Assembly (NCBI GenBank): GCA_963793865.1
Contig: CAWCBP010000001.1
Span: 1-64,000 of the forward strand
Source of the DNA: an uncultured delta proteobacterium
Lineage (GTDB): Bacteria; Desulfobacterota; WTBG01
DNA: 64,000 nt
Reading direction: 5' to 3'
Shown: positions 63,452-64,000 of the stretch, piece after piece
Position numbering within the stretch: position 1 is the stretch's first letter
Layout of the letters: each line of letters begins with the position of its first letter
Translations under genes and position numbers: made by a program
Notes under the pieces: generated by a model
Told to the model about the DNA's origin: nothing
The model's input: the letters and a program-made list of their open reading frames with translations, nothing else
Database searches by the model: none

Positions 63452-64000
63452 ATGAAAACTGCTATCAAGAAAATTGCCGTAGGGTGGGGCAGGGCGCTTT
63501 TTAAAGTTCGCAGCTACACGCCCATTCCCGTCATTCTGGTTATGCTGTTTTGCTTTCACTGGGAGTGGGAAAATACCATCCTGACATGGTCGTGCGGGTT
63601 GGTGTTGCTGGCGTGCGGGGAGGGGCTTCGGCTCTGGTCTCTTCGCTATATCGGGAAATTTTCCCGCACCAGGAAGCGGAAGGCGAGAATGCTGGTTACG
63701 GCCGGCCCTTATGCGGTTGTGCGGAATCCCCTCTATTGGGGTAACTTGCTCATACTGTCAGGATTCGCGGTGATGAGTGAGCTTGTCTGGCTTATACCGG
63801 TCATAATCATCCTCTTTTTTATCCAGTACCAGTGCATCGTGCTCTGGGAGGAGGATTGTTTAAGAGAATTTTTCCCTTCCGAGGCTGAGGCTTATTTCCG
63901 CGAGAGTTCCGCGATGGGTGCCGAAATGGCGGGGGTTGATGAAGTATCTCCGGCATATCCCGCTGCCCTACTATGACTGGTCAAATGTGATTAAAAGAGA
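63452..64000 (+). CDS. Isoprenylcysteine carboxyl methyltransferase-family membrane protein; frameshift at about 63905, runs off the window
   Basis: GEGLRLW, LVTAGPYAVVRNPLYWG, EE..L; removing one A restores VPRWVPKW. Confidence 0.85.

Noticed and set aside
1..64000. Prophage, integrase, transposase, defence system, tRNA or rRNA
   Set aside because: No supporting motifs recognised in the ORFs or intergenic DNA by eye

Overview
Gene-dense, non-phage chromosomal segment. It most likely comes from an anaerobic Deltaproteobacteria/Desulfobacterota-type organism (inferred from gene content: three tungsten AOR-family enzymes, FprA, an HdrD-like Fe-S protein, class II RNR, and deltaproteobacterial-style repeats). 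Layout: 0-5.5 kb flavodoxins, DUF134/NifX and a membrane-anchored ferrochelatase-fold protein; 6-18 kb a two-component system, small metal/redox proteins and a second sigma-70; 18-29 kb MFS, two AORs, FprA, FmdE, a divergent ferredoxin-dependent bilin reductase homolog and a heme-c/split-barrel fusion; 30-40 kb a probable beta-1,2-glucan module (GH1, GH94 SOGP-type phosphorylase, uncharacterised discoidin/(alpha/alpha)6 protein, YddA-type ABC); 40-64 kb nrdJ with tandem NrdR boxes, CMD, cstA, B12 radical SAM, GT-C, a Tat-FeS/AOR pair, lepA-hemW, DegP/Q, MtfA, corA and ICMT. Nine otherwise intact genes each carry a single-base indel, which looks like long-read error. Intergenic DNA holds several GTAG-type REP families and an IS5-like MITE with YTAG target duplications. 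No rRNA, tRNA, CRISPR array, integrase or transposase was seen. Best candidates for new biology: the non-canonical tetrapyrrole proteins, the Cys-substituted AOR paralogs (one apparently Tat-exported) and the beta-1,2-glucan module. All family calls come from motif recognition by eye; no database search was run.
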